From positions 78,368 to 142,367 of the forward strand of contig CAXGIM010000003.1 in assembly GCA_964010525.1 (NCBI GenBank): DNA of 64,000 nucleotides, written 5' to 3'. This DNA is from an uncultured bacterium (lineage in GTDB: Bacteria > Bacteroidota > Bacteroidia > Flavobacteriales > Flavobacteriaceae). Position numbers and translations under genes: made by a program. Under the pieces are notes generated by a model that was not told where the DNA came from, searched no databases, and saw nothing but the letters and a program-made list of their open reading frames with translations. Positions 1 through 12,100 of the stretch are shown piece after piece (the stretch's first letter is position 1; each line of letters starts with the position of its first letter).

Positions 1-81
1 CATGACTAAATGTTTTGAGCAATATTAATTTCAATATTTTGGTTAACAGTTGTTTGTAGTACTACAAAAGGCACTACATTT

Positions 82-978
82 TTAATCTGGAGAAAGGATA
101 TCCTTTAGTTTCTGCTTGTTGGAGTTATTTAGTTTTATACTAGGCTTGCCTAAAAGATCTCTTATATTTTGATTATGTCTTCCTAGGAGCTTACCCATTA
201 TTTTTGATAGATATAAATTGGTGTAGCCTTTATCTCTTAAAAATTCCCATATCCCCATTTCTTCAAATGTTTTAATCCATAAAGTGTTGCTAGCAACAAC
301 ATTTCGGTTGGCTGAAATTATTTTTTCGTCGTCTATTTCCGCTAGGTATTTCAGGATTTTACTGCATTTACAGTAATTGTACTCGAATTCATAAATGTTT
401 TTGAAGAAAACAGTATAAGGAATCTCATCTCCAGTAAGATAACTCTGGATTAATGCGTCGTTATCTTTTTCAAAAAGATGATGAGTAAGCTTATCATTAA
501 AATCTCTGTAGTTGTTTAATCTTTTGGCAATGAAAAGATTGTCAAAAAGCATTGATTTGTATATATCCTCAAAAGGATCAGAATCCATTATTTTGTCTCT
601 AGAATAGACGAAGTCTTTTTCTAACATTTTTCTCTTATAGGCGGGGTCAGAATGAAAATCATATTCAATTGAAGTTTTTTCAAATTCTTGTTCAACTTTT
701 TCATGAGCTTGACTTTTAATTATGGGATACACAAAATCAATTATTTCATTGCACAAATCATGAGATATTATGTAGTAATGTTCATCAAACACAATCAAGT
801 TTGAAAATAACATATCTTTTACCTCTCTTTTGACTTTTTCATCTGGTGGAGTGTAAGATGGTTTTATTTCTTTAACAATGTGGTAAATATTCAATGAGAT
901 TAAACGCTCATAGAAATTTCGCTTTTCTTTTTCATTGGTAATGATTATTTCTTCCTTACTCAATATGCCTTTGAACAT
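82..978 (-). CDS. Hypothetical protein of the integrative element (298 aa)
   Basis: Long AT-rich ORF starting 12 bp after the integrase stop on the same strand. No family recognised. Confidence 0.75.
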   Translation of the reverse strand: MFKGILSKEEIIITNEKEKRNFYERLISLNIYHIVKEIKPSYTPPDEKVKREVKDMLFSNLIVFDEHYYIISHDLCNEIIDFVYPIIKSQAHEKVEQEFEKTSIEYDFHSDPAYKRKMLEKDFVYSRDKIMDSDPFEDIYKSMLFDNLFIAKRLNNYRDFNDKLTHHLFEKDNDALIQSYLTGDEIPYTVFFKNIYEFEYNYCKCSKILKYLAEIDDEKIISANRNVVASNTLWIKTFEEMGIWEFLRDKGYTNLYLSKIMGKLLGRHNQNIRDLLGKPSIKLNNSNKQKLKDILSPD

Positions 979-990
979 GAAAAATGTCTT

Positions 991-2250
991 TTAGTTGAAA
1001 AATGGGTGTTGTTTTAATCTTTCCAGTCTTTCACTGGGAGTTATTTTGATGTATTTAAAAAATACTGCTTCGGATTTATGACCGCTAATGGCCATTATAT
1101 CGATGGTAGAAAGCCCAGCCTTATAAGCGTTGGTACAAAAGCTACGCCTTGCAGTATGGTTTGTTACCAGTTCCCATTTCTTATACTCCGTTTTTAACTT
1201 TTTTCCACCTACCGTTTTTTCTATCGTGAAAGTGGAATTTAATTTAGCGAGTTGGGCAATCTCCTTCAAGGCGTTGTTGATGTGCTGCTCACTCATTCCT
1301 TTTGGAGGTTTTCCATCATACTTGTCGAATATCTCTTGTAGTTTCCTTTTTATCGGGATCAAAACTGTTTTGCCGGTCTTTCTTGGTGTGATGTCAATAT
1401 ACTTATCACCTTTATTATTCTTTTTAATGTTTTCGGGTTTTAGTCTATTGAAATCTGAAACACGTAATCCTGTGTACGCCCCAATAAGAAACAAATCACG
1501 AGCTCTGTTATGCAGGGATCCTTTTAAATTTAAATCGTGAATCGCGGCCAGTTCTTTATCGGTAAGATAAATGGCATCAACATTCTCGCTAAGCTTTGAG
1601 AAATTTTTCTTTTTATATTCTAGATTCTTATGTAGATCTCTTTCGTAGGCATAGTTCATTATTGCCTTGAGTAATTTTATTTGATTTCCTATATAGTTGT
1701 TGGAATAGCCTTTGTCCTGGAGATGTTTTAAAAAGTCATCGTAAAAACCTAAAGTGATGTCTTGAAAATCCACTTTGTAATAGGCATTGCAAAATTCCTT
1801 TAATTTTTGCAATGCGGTCTTATAGGGTCTTACGGTATTGGGGGATAGTGGCTTTTTAGTCTTTGGGAGAGGATTTTGTGAATAGTATTCAATAAACCAT
1901 GCATAAAATTCCAAAAGGCTTTTTTTATTCTTGACAGATTTTCTTTTGGTAAACTCATCAAGTTTGGATTTTACTATTCTATTAGAAATAACCTGATTCT
2001 GTCTCTCAAAGTCATCAAGTAATCTTTCAGAGAATGTTACGAGCTCTGAAAGTTGTGAATTTATAAATTGGCTCCTTGGTTCTGATGTTACATTCTTTAC
2101 GCGTTGCCTCAGAGCATCCCAGTTGCTTTGAGAGGTAACTTCATAACCTGTTGAATATCGTAGTTGCTTTTTACGACCATAGTTAAAATGAAGGTAGATT
2201 TTAGGATTTCCTTTTGTTGAATTTCTAAGCTTTAAGCTAATTGAGGCCAT
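991..2250 (-). CDS. Tyrosine recombinase/integrase (Bacteroidota arm-binding + SAM-like + catalytic domains)
   Basis: Catalytic residues R (GLRVSD), K (PRKTG), HxxR (NHTARR), H (GHKSE) and Y (FKYIK). ATG at 2250 preferred over the track's TTG at 2271. Confidence 0.95.
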   Translation of the reverse strand: MASISLKLRNSTKGNPKIYLHFNYGRKKQLRYSTGYEVTSQSNWDALRQRVKNVTSEPRSQFINSQLSELVTFSERLLDDFERQNQVISNRIVKSKLDEFTKRKSVKNKKSLLEFYAWFIEYYSQNPLPKTKKPLSPNTVRPYKTALQKLKEFCNAYYKVDFQDITLGFYDDFLKHLQDKGYSNNYIGNQIKLLKAIMNYAYERDLHKNLEYKKKNFSKLSENVDAIYLTDKELAAIHDLNLKGSLHNRARDLFLIGAYTGLRVSDFNRLKPENIKKNNKGDKYIDITPRKTGKTVLIPIKRKLQEIFDKYDGKPPKGMSEQHINNALKEIAQLAKLNSTFTIEKTVGGKKLKTEYKKWELVTNHTARRSFCTNAYKAGLSTIDIMAISGHKSEAVFFKYIKITPSERLERLKQHPFFN

Positions 2251-2260
2251 TAAATAAAAT

Positions 2261-2281
2261 TGTACCGCCAAATGTACCGCC
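2261..2281. repeat. Direct repeat TGTACCGCC x2, candidate integrase arm-type sites
   Basis: TGTACCGCC at 2261-2269 and 2273-2281, between the integrase start and the att core. Confidence 0.6.
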
Positions 2282-2397
2282 CAAAACTTAACTAAGCAAT
2301 ACTTTGAGATACTTTATTTAACTATAAGTTCAATGATATAAGCCTATAATAGCTATGTTTACTGATGTGTAGATAATTTTAGTAAAAGTTATACGTT

Positions 2398-2413
2398 GTC
2401 CTAGTAGGCCAAC
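2398..2413 (+). other. Probable att core: 3' fragment of tRNA-Gln
   Basis: GTCCTAGTAGGCCAAC reads as T-loop end, 3' T-stem CCTAG, acceptor strand TAGGCCA and discriminator. The implied 5' end TGGCCTA is typical of tRNA-Gln. The 5' half of the tRNA is absent and a terminator follows. Confidence 0.6.
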
Positions 2414-2423
2414 AAAGGTAATG

Positions 2424-2457
2424 ATCCCGAGCATTGATATGTTCGGGATTTTTTTTT
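2424..2457 (+). terminator. Intrinsic terminator
   Basis: ATCCCGAGCAT-TGAT-ATGTTCGGGAT stem followed by a T run. Confidence 0.8.
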
Positions 2458-2470
2458 GGCTTAAAGCCAA
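2456..2470. repeat. Mini-hairpin motif copy (TTGGC-TTAAA-GCCAA)
   Basis: Directly after the terminator T-tract; same motif family as the other copies listed. Confidence 0.6.
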
Positions 2471-2804
2471 AAAAGATACTTCACAATCACGGTTTCCTTT
2501 TTTATAAATATGAAACTCGAAATCATTTCTTATAAAAGAAAGAAAAATCTTACAAATTAAATTTAAAATTTATCCTAAAAAAAAACTTTTTAAAAAGTAC
2601 TTGCACAAAATTATTATGTAATCTACCATGGTTCACGTATTTTTTATTCATGTACTCTGTACGTTTAATTGATTGAATAATAAATAAATATGTATTTCAT
2701 CCTATATTTTGTACTAATTTTCCTATGCTAATAGTATTATTCAAAATTATTACTTGTTAAAAACATTAAAAATCCGATTAAATACTTTTTTTTACGATAA
2801 ATGG

Positions 2805-2835
2805 TTTGAGCTTTTTTGAAATGTTTATACATTGC
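2805..2835 (+). promoter_or_regulatory. Candidate Bacteroidota promoter for the adhesin operon
   Basis: TTTG (2805-2808), a 19-nt spacer, then TACATTGC (2828-2835), a variant of TAnnTTTG. Confidence 0.4.
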
Positions 2836-3101
2836 AGTACAAAATGCAGTGGATATAACTATTCTTACCCCTAAAATTATATCCTATTTAATGAAATAGT
2901 GAGTGCCTTCTAATAAGCAAGGAGCATGGCCATGGCCTTGTATAGCTTATAAGAACTGGCACGATTTCGTTCTTATACGGGCAAAGGTTATTTCTTAAAA
3001 AGATAGGATCGTCCCGGTTTATGCCCACGCACATAGATATTTTAAAAATCTGGCCCTTCGGCCGGACAGGCTTTTTATTACCTAAACTTAAAACAAATCA
3101 A

Positions 3102-6100
3102 ATGAGCCCTAAAACTACCCAATTCAAGTGCCTCTTACCATTATTTATTCTTTTCCTGCTTACAGGTTTGAGCGCAAGTTCACAAACAAGAACGTTTGCA
3201 ACCAGTGTAAGCGATAGGTCCTTAAACGTGTCATCTGCCTCTCAAGCAGTAGATCAAGACCTAGCCAGTAGTGCGGTCCTTACCGCAAATGCCGGCATCG
3301 CAGCTGGGATAGGTGCAGCAGATTCTTTTATAGAGTTGTCATACGATGCGGTGGTTCCTGCCGGGACCACAACTTATATCAAGATGGATACTGAGGATGG
3401 CCTGCTCGATGTGCTGCTGGGCGGAAGCCTTGGTGATCTACTGGGTGATGTACTGGGGGTTGTCCTGTTGGGGCAGCAGCAATTTACGATTCAGGCCTAT
3501 AGTGCCTCAGATGCTGAGGTTTTTAGTGTTGCTTCTCAGGATTATGAGGCTTTTGGCAACAACCTGGCCAATGTGGTGGTAGATGGTGATGGAAATTATT
3601 ATGTGGCCATTACACCTGCTGCAGATTATCAGCGTGTGCGCATAACAAACATCATTGGTGCTAATTTATTGGGATTGGGCGATACAAGGTTCCTTAATGT
3701 ATATGACGCATTTTATGGTGCCGGTGGTGTTGATTGCGGCAGGCCATCTTTTACAAACTACGATGGCGATGGTATTTCACTTGATTTATTGGGCCTGGGA
3801 GGAGCTGGGGTTACAGATCCAGAATTTTTTATTGATAATTCTAATGCTACCCATTCTGAAATAAGCTTGGGGATCCTGGATGTGCTCGCTACAATTGAAC
3901 AAAGAACGTTTTATGAAGATTTTGTTGATGCAACAAACGATTTTAAGATAAGGCTTTCGGTAAACCCATCGCTGCTGGCCCTGGGTGTCCTTAATAATAT
4001 ACAGGTTGTAGGCTATAGTGGAAACACAGAGGTTTTTGTAACAAACTTCAATAGTTTGATAAACCTTGATTTGCTTGGCTTGCTGGAGTCTGGGGATATC
4101 GTGGATGTTCCCGTAATTTCCAGTGTGCCAGTTGATGGGCTCTCTGTGCGCTATACCTCCTTGCTCAACACATCATTGAGTCAAAGAATAGATTTATACG
4201 ACATAGCAGTAACACCAGGTGTTCCCGTGCTGGATGCCTCAACCGTGGACCTGGAGGTCTGTGTGGATGATACTGCAAGTCTTTTGGCCACGAGCACCAC
4301 GCCCGGAGCCGTCCTTAATTATTATGATAGCCCTACGGCAACAACACCCATTGCCACGGTAAACAGTGGAGAAGTATTTACCACCCCCGTTTTAGATGAA
4401 GACACCACCTATTACGTATCATCATTTGCGGCAGGATGTGTTGAAGAGTCTGCTAGGATAGCTGTTCCCATTGTGGTAAATCAAAGACCTACGGCAGGCG
4501 ATATAGGTTTTGTTGATGTGGACCTAGCGGTGTGCATAGGAGGTGTGCTCATTATTGAACCCATTACCTTGATAGATGGGGATATTCAATTTTATCTTGA
4601 TGCAAATGCCACACAGCTCATTCATGATGGTGATATTATAAACGGTGTTACCTATACTATTACCGCAGATGGACATTTAGAAGTTATAGGGCTTGCGCCG
4701 GAAGACTCTCCGCTTCCCATATTCGTCAGTGTGACAAATGAAGATACTGGGTGTAGCAATGCACCGGGCGACCTGGCCTTGATTAATATTTCAGTTGACC
4801 CTGGCCCTGATGCTCAGCTCACCCTTACCGAGAATATCACGGCAGATGATGTCATCAATATTGCAGAAGGAGCATCAACTGTAATGATTACAGGTGTTGC
4901 AGGGGGAGATGCCAGCGCTGGAGATGAGGTGGAAATAACAGTAAATGGCAATGTTTATACAGCAAATGTTCAGGCAGATCTTTCTTTTGGAGTGAGTGTG
5001 CCGGGCGCAGACCTGCTTGCAGATCCTGACTTGACCGTTGAGGCAAGCATAACCGTAAGTGGCGGCCTTCTGCTTTGTGATGCCGTTGCCACGGATACTG
5101 AGACCTACACCCTAGACCAGGTTCCGCCTAGCATCCCCACGGTAGACCTTGTGACCACAAATAGCCAGGTCCCTACACTTACCGGTACAGCTGATTCAGT
5201 TGATGATTTGACCGTGACCGTTAATGGCGTTACCTATACTGAAGGTGACGGCAACCTTATGGATAATGGCGATGATACCTGGACGTTGAACATTCCTGCG
5301 GGCAATGAAATCCCTGAAGGGATATATGATGTTCTCGCTGTTGCCACAGATATTGCCGGCAATCCTTCAATGGACGCCACCGTGGATGAACTAACGATTG
5401 ACCTTTCACCCCCTACCACCCCCACGGTAGACCTTTTGACCACAAATGACCAGACCCCTACACTTACGGGTACTGCTGATTCAGTTGATGATTTGACCGT
5501 CACGGTAAATGGTATCACCTATATTGAAGGTGATGGTAACTTGACCGATAATGGTGATGACACTTGGTCATTGACCATTCCGGTTGCTGATACATTGCCA
5601 GAAGGTATTTATGATGTGATGGCCCAGGCAACTGATGCTGCGGGCAATACAGCGATGGACGCCACCGTGGATGAACTAACGATTGACCTTTCACCCCCTA
5701 CCACCCCCACGGTAGACCTTTTGACCACAAATGACCAGACCCCTACACTTACGGGTACTGCTGATTCAGTTGATGATTTGACCGTCACGGTAAATGGTAT
5801 CACCTATATTGAAGGTGATGGTAACTTGACCGATAATGGTGATGACACTTGGTCATTGACCATTCCGGTTGCTGATACATTGCCCGAAGGGATTTACGAT
5901 GTGATGGCCCAGGCAACTGATGCTGCGGGCAATACGGCAATGGACATTACCGTTGACGAATTGAACATTGACCTGACACCTCCCACAGTTCCCACTGTAA
6001 TTGCCCAAACAACTTCAGATGATACCCCTATAATCATGGGGACGGCAGATTCTGAAGATGACATCACGGTTCAAGTTGATGGGGTGACCTATATTGAAGG

Positions 6101-9100
6101 AGATGGTGATCTTGTTGACAATGGCAATGATACCTGGACGTTGACCATCCCCACAGGTAATGAACTTTCAGAAGGTGTCTATGATGTTGTTGCAGAAGCA
6201 ACTGACGCTGCCGGCAATACAGCAATGGATGCCACGGTTGATGAGCTTGAAATTGATTTTTCGGCCCCCACGACTCCTACGGTTGATTTCTTGACCACAA
6301 ACAGTACAACACCTACACTTACGGGAACCTTGAATTCTGATGATGATTTATCAGTAACCGTCAATGGAGTGACTTACAATGAAGGTGACGGCATTCTTGT
6401 TGATAATGGAAATGGCACATGGACATTGCCCATTCCTGCAGGCGATGCTTTGCCTGAAGGTGTCTATGATGTGGTTGCACAGGTTACTGATACAGCTCTT
6501 AATGTATCTACTGACGCTACCATCGATGAACTTACAATTGACCTAACACCACCTAGCGTCCCTTCAGTAGACCTTTTGACCACAAACAATCAGACTCCCA
6601 CGATTACGGGCACTGCAGCTTCTGTAGATGATTTGACCGTGACTGTAAATGGAGTTGAATATACTGAAGGTGATGGTAACCTGGTAGATAATGGCAACGA
6701 CACGTGGTCGTTGACCATTCCTGCTGGCAACGCGCTTCCCGAGGGTATTTATGATGTGCAGGCCGAAGTGACCGATGCTGCGGGCAACACGTCAATTGAC
6801 GGTACAACAGATGAGTTGAATATTGATCTTACCCTTCCTGCTGAACCCACGATTGACCTTGTTACGACAACAGATACAACCCCCGTAATTACCGGAACTG
6901 CAGATTCTGTAGATGACCTTGCAGTCACCGTAAATGGGGTGACCTATACCGAGGGTGATGGCAATCTTGTGGATAATGGAGATGATACCTGGACGTTGAA
7001 CATTCCAGATGCAGATGAACTGGAAGATGGAATCTATGATGTTGTTGCAGAAGCCACTGACGTAGCTGGCAACACTGCCGGCGATACCACGGTTGATGAA
7101 CTTACACTTTCGCCCGTAACGCCCACAGGTGACCCAGAACAAGAATTTTGTGAATCTGATTCGCCCACGGTCGCAGATATACTTACTGATCAAACCAATG
7201 TCAACGTTTACTTGACAGAAACAGGGGGAACCCCACTTTCATCTACAGATATATTGATGGATAACACCAGCTATTATGTAGCCACGGTAGGAACTACTAT
7301 TGAAAGTGTAGAACGATTTGAGGTACTGGTAACTTTCGCGACAGCGCCAGCACCCACGACCACAAATACAACACAAGAATTCTGTGCGCTTGATAATGCC
7401 ACGGTCTCAGATATACAGGTTAATGAAAGCAATATCGTATGGTACGATGCCGCCACAGGTGGCAATGTTGTTCCTGATGATGCATTGCTTGAAGATGGCA
7501 ATATTTATTATGCAGCTCAGGTCACGGGTACTTGTGAGAGTGCCACGAGGCTTGCGATCACCACGGTGGTCAATGAGCAGCCGGAGATAAGCCTTGATGG
7601 CCCGGCATCAGTGAGCGTAGGGCTTAATCAAGCAGTAGCCCTGCCTGGCGTTACCACCGTGCCAGCTGGTTTGACAGTGACATGGTACGACAACTCAGGA
7701 GCCGTCTTTACCGGTAGTTCGGTAAGTTTTTCGGCCCCTGGGCTATATGTTTTTACCGCTTCCGCGGAAAATAGCAGTGGATGTTCAAACTCAACTTTCT
7801 TTTCTATCGCGGTCTATGACCAGGATGATTGCCCACCTGCCCTGCAACGTACCTATGCAACCAGTTCACAATGGAACACCTTGGGCGGTACTATCACAAA
7901 TGCAGGCAATGGTAATGATGGAAATCCTAAAACATCTGCCACGATAACTACGGTGGTGGGACTTGTCGGCCTGGGCGGTGGATACTATGACCTTGATTTT
8001 GACCAGCAATATGCAGCAGGTACTGCGGTAAGCGTCAAGATGGGTAAAGAGTACAGTGGCCTGGGAGCTATTTCTGGTTTTCTTGTCTATGGCCTTGATG
8101 CCTCGGGTAACACGATAGGTTCAGGTAATTCAGCAAATGCTGGATTGATAAACCTGTTGTCAGCAGATTCTGCTTTTGAATTTACTTTCGTGCCAAACGA
8201 TAACACCGGCCCTAAGGCATTCTCAGGTGTCCGTGTGTATTTTGGTTCGTTGCTTTCAGTTGCTGATAGCTATGATGTTTATGATGCGTATGTGACAGAA
8301 CAGGCCACGACACTTTCATGTTCCGCGATTGACGCCACCACTAAGGCTGATGTGCAGGATGTGTTCTATGGTGTTGATGTTGAGCTGGGTCTTGACGCAT
8401 TGAGCGCCACGGCTTCAGTGGTTGGCCCATGGGCATCTGTAGATAAGGACCTTACTACCTTTACCACATTGTCCCGAGGGGCTGAGGTGTTGAATAGTGC
8501 CAACCTTGAAATCAACTTTAAATCAAAAAGCCAACCTACTGATTCTTTACAGATAATCTTTTCAAGACCAGATAATGGCCTACTTCAACTGGGACTGTTA
8601 AACGGTTTCGAGATTCAATTATATAATGGTGATGCCGCCGTAGGTGCCCCCATTACAAATACCAGTGAGGGCCTTAACCTGCAATTGCTGGGACTTCTGG
8701 GTGGCGCAGGAGAATCTGCAGCCATTAATGTACCCACGCCTGATGCTTATGATAGGGTGGTAATTTCTTATGGAGGCGTCGCTAATGTTCTGGATGCTAT
8801 CCAAATAAGCGACGTGGATAGAAAGGCAGCCGTTGTGCCCGCCACGCCACTCAATGTAGATGGCGAGCTAGAGCTTTGCTCTGCTAATGACCCCATTGTA
8901 CTGAGCGCTCAGGACGATTGTACCTGGTTTGAAATCTATGATGAGTCTGATGATTTATTGACCACTACAGATAATTATGAATTTGAATTGCCTTCCGGCT
9001 TGACCGAAGGACAGCGTTATAACTTCACAGTTCAGCCCGTACGTCAAGGTTGTGATTTTGGCCCTAGGCAAGACCTTGTCATCTATGTTAAGGAGTCTGC

Positions 9101-12100
9101 CCCAGATACCGCAATTACCTCATTTACCCTTAATGGTGCAAGTGATGTGGCAATCTGTGAGACTTCTGCTGATGTAACCTTGAGCGTCACCGTAGATGGA
9201 TCGCTTACGTTGACCAATCCTGTATATTACTGGTATGAAGACCAGTCAGGAACCCAGGTTCTTGTGGATGGTGAAACTGATGCAACCCTTAACCTAGGGG
9301 TACTGCCAGCGGGCGATTATACCTATTATGTAGGTTTGAGCAGTGATGAGTATTGTATCACAGATGAAGCTGATAGATATGCCATAAACTTTACCATTAA
9401 TCCTGGTGGTATGCCAGATGATGTTACGGTAACCGGTAATGCAATTTGTTTTGGCGATACAGCCACAATAACCCCAAGTTCTACATACGGCAATGTAACC
9501 TTTACATGGTATTATACCAATGACCTTACCGCCCCTATTACAGATGGTGATACAAGTGGTGCCATTAGCTATGCTATTGATGCAAGTGGCAACCTCATGG
9601 TCTCTGGACTTACACTAGCTGATGATGGTATCACATATTATGTGAGCATCATGGGAGGTGATGGCAATGTTTGCGAAAATGAGCCCGGTAACCTTACCCC
9701 GGTGAGCGTGCTGGTTTCTAATGGCGCCTCTACGCCCACAACAGCAAACGCAAATCAGGAATTCTGCGTGATTGATGCGCCCACGGTTGCTGACCTGCAG
9801 GTTAACGAGGGCAATGTGGTTTGGTTTGATGCACCTTCCGGTGGAAATGCTTACCAATCAACTGATCTACTGGTTGATGGAATGCCATATTACGGAGCAC
9901 AGATTATAGGTAGCTGCGAGAGCGGAAGCCGTGTCATTGTAACGGCAATCCTTAATGATACCGCTGCACCCACGACCTCAGATACAACACAAGAATTCTG
10001 TACGCTTGACAATGCGACCCTGGCTGATGTTCAGATCAACGAAACAAATATTATATGGTATGACGCGGCTATGGGGGGCAACGTCCTTGCAGATGATACC
10101 CTTGTGGCAGATGGAGGAGTGTACTATGCCGCTCAGGGCGGTACAGGTTGCGAGAGTTCTACCAGGCTTGCGGTCACAACCATCATCAACAGCCAGCCCA
10201 TAATCAATTTTACAGGACCATCATCAGTCAATACTGGCCTTAATCAAACCGTGACCCTACCAGGGGTGACCACAGACCCTGCTGGGTTGACGGTTACTTG
10301 GTATGATAACAATGGTGCCATTTTTACCGGCAGTTCAATAAGTTTTGCCACTCCCGGCGTATATGTTTTTACCGCTTCCGCGGAAAATAGCAGTGGGTGT
10401 TCAAACTCAGCCTTCTTCACCATCACCGTGTTTGATCAAGATGATTGTCCACCCGCAATGCAGCGTGTATATGCCACGGGTTCAAACTGGACAAGTCGAG
10501 GTGGTTTCATATCAGATGCCAGTAACGGTGTGGATGGAAACCCAAAAACTTCGGCAACGGTAACTACCGTGGTAGGTCTTGCCGGTTTAGGTGGAGGATA
10601 TTATGACCTTACCTTTGATGAGCAACATGCTGCGGGAACACCGGTAAGCGTGAAAATAGGAAAAGAATATAGTGGTCTTGGCGCTGTTTCAGGATTCTTG
10701 GTGTATGGTCTTGATGCTTCGGGCAACCCCATAGGTTCAGGAAATTCGGCTAATGCAGGATTGCTCAACCTACTCTCGGCTGATTCAGCTTTTGAATTTA
10801 CTTTCGTGCCAAACGACACAAACGGCCCTCAAGCTTATACGGGGGTGCGTATCTACTTTGGTTCACTGCTTTCAGTAGCAGATAGCTTTAAAATCTATGA
10901 GGCTTATGTAAGTAATCAGAGTGCAACACTTGATTGTTCTGGTATTGACAGCACGGTCAGGGCAGATGTGCAGGATGTGTATTATGGGGTGGAAACCCTT
11001 GCGGGCCTTGATGCCTTGAGCGCAACTGCATCTGTGGTTGACCCATGGTTGGCCGTAGATTTTGATGACTTTACATACACTACCCTGGTGAGGGGCGTTG
11101 AGGTGCTCAACAGTGCCCAGTTACAGGTAGAGTTCAAGACACAGAGCCAGCCTACTGATTCATTGAGAATAGTATTGAGCCGTGTGGATAATGACCAACT
11201 TCAACTAGGCCTGTTAAATGGTCTTGAGATACAGCTTTACTTGGGAGATACAGAGGTGGGAGCGCCTATCACAAATACTTCTGAAGGCCTGAACCTTCAA
11301 TTGCTGAGCCTACTGGGAGGCACCGGGGGAGAAAATCTACTTACCGTGCCCACGCCTGAAGCCTATGATAAAGTAGTCATCAGTTATGGTGGCGTGGCAA
11401 ATGTATTAGATGCGTTGCGCGTTCATGATGTAGATAGAAAAGCAGCTGTTGAAACCGTGGTGCCCTTAAATATTGATGGTGCTCTCGAGCTGTGTTATGA
11501 TGATACCATACTGTTGATGCAACAGGATGATTGTACGTTCTATCAGGTATTTGATGAGTCAAACAATTTATTGACCAACGTTGATAATTACGAGTTTGAG
11601 CTTCCCACAAACCTTGTGGAGGGGCAGACGTATACCTTCACGGTACAACCCATTCGCCAGGGTTGTGCATTTGGCCCTAGACAAGAATTAGAAATTTATG
11701 TACGTCCCACGACCCCGGCCGACGTTATCGTTTCCATTGACATCAATGATGATACGGAAACTGAGTTCTGTGAGACTGACAATACAAGTATTGGCCTTAC
11801 GGCGAAAACTGACGGTACAACATTAACTAACCCTACCTATTACTGGTATGAGCTAGTAGGCGGAAATCAGGAATATGTAATGGGTGAAACCGATGCAACA
11901 CTTGACCTGGGCATCCTTCCTGCAGGCACATATACGTATTATGTAGGGGTGGAAAGTGATGAATTCTGCTTGACAAAAGAAGCAGATAGGACTTCGGTTA
12001 CATTTACAATTAATGAAGGGGCAACAGGGGATGACCTGGCTGCTATCACGGTAAATGGGGTTGATCCCATTGATCCATTATGCCTATTGCCTGGTGAGGA

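Larger units (their letters stand above)
1..2413. mobile_element. Right end of an integrative element (genomic island) inserted at a tRNA 3' end; continues left of the window
   Basis: Tyrosine integrase lies beside a tRNA-like 3' fragment (2398-2413) and direct repeats (2261-2281). The region is visibly more AT-rich than the core genes. Confidence 0.75.

Noticed and set aside
2330-2413. Complete tRNA gene next to the integrase
   Set aside because: Only the last ~16 nt fit a tRNA; no D-arm, anticodon arm or GGTTCGA is present upstream.
2975-3070. c-di-GMP-I (GEMM) riboswitch in the adhesin leader
   Set aside because: GGCAAA is present, but the GAAA-capped stem and following GACGCAAA element are missing. 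Kept only as an unnamed structured leader.
3021-3101. N-terminal extension of the adhesin from the ORF track
   Set aside because: The signal peptide starts after the ATG at 3102, which has the typical A-rich context. The same logic was applied to int, USP, actD, the RR, vanZ, Dabb and cyoE starts.
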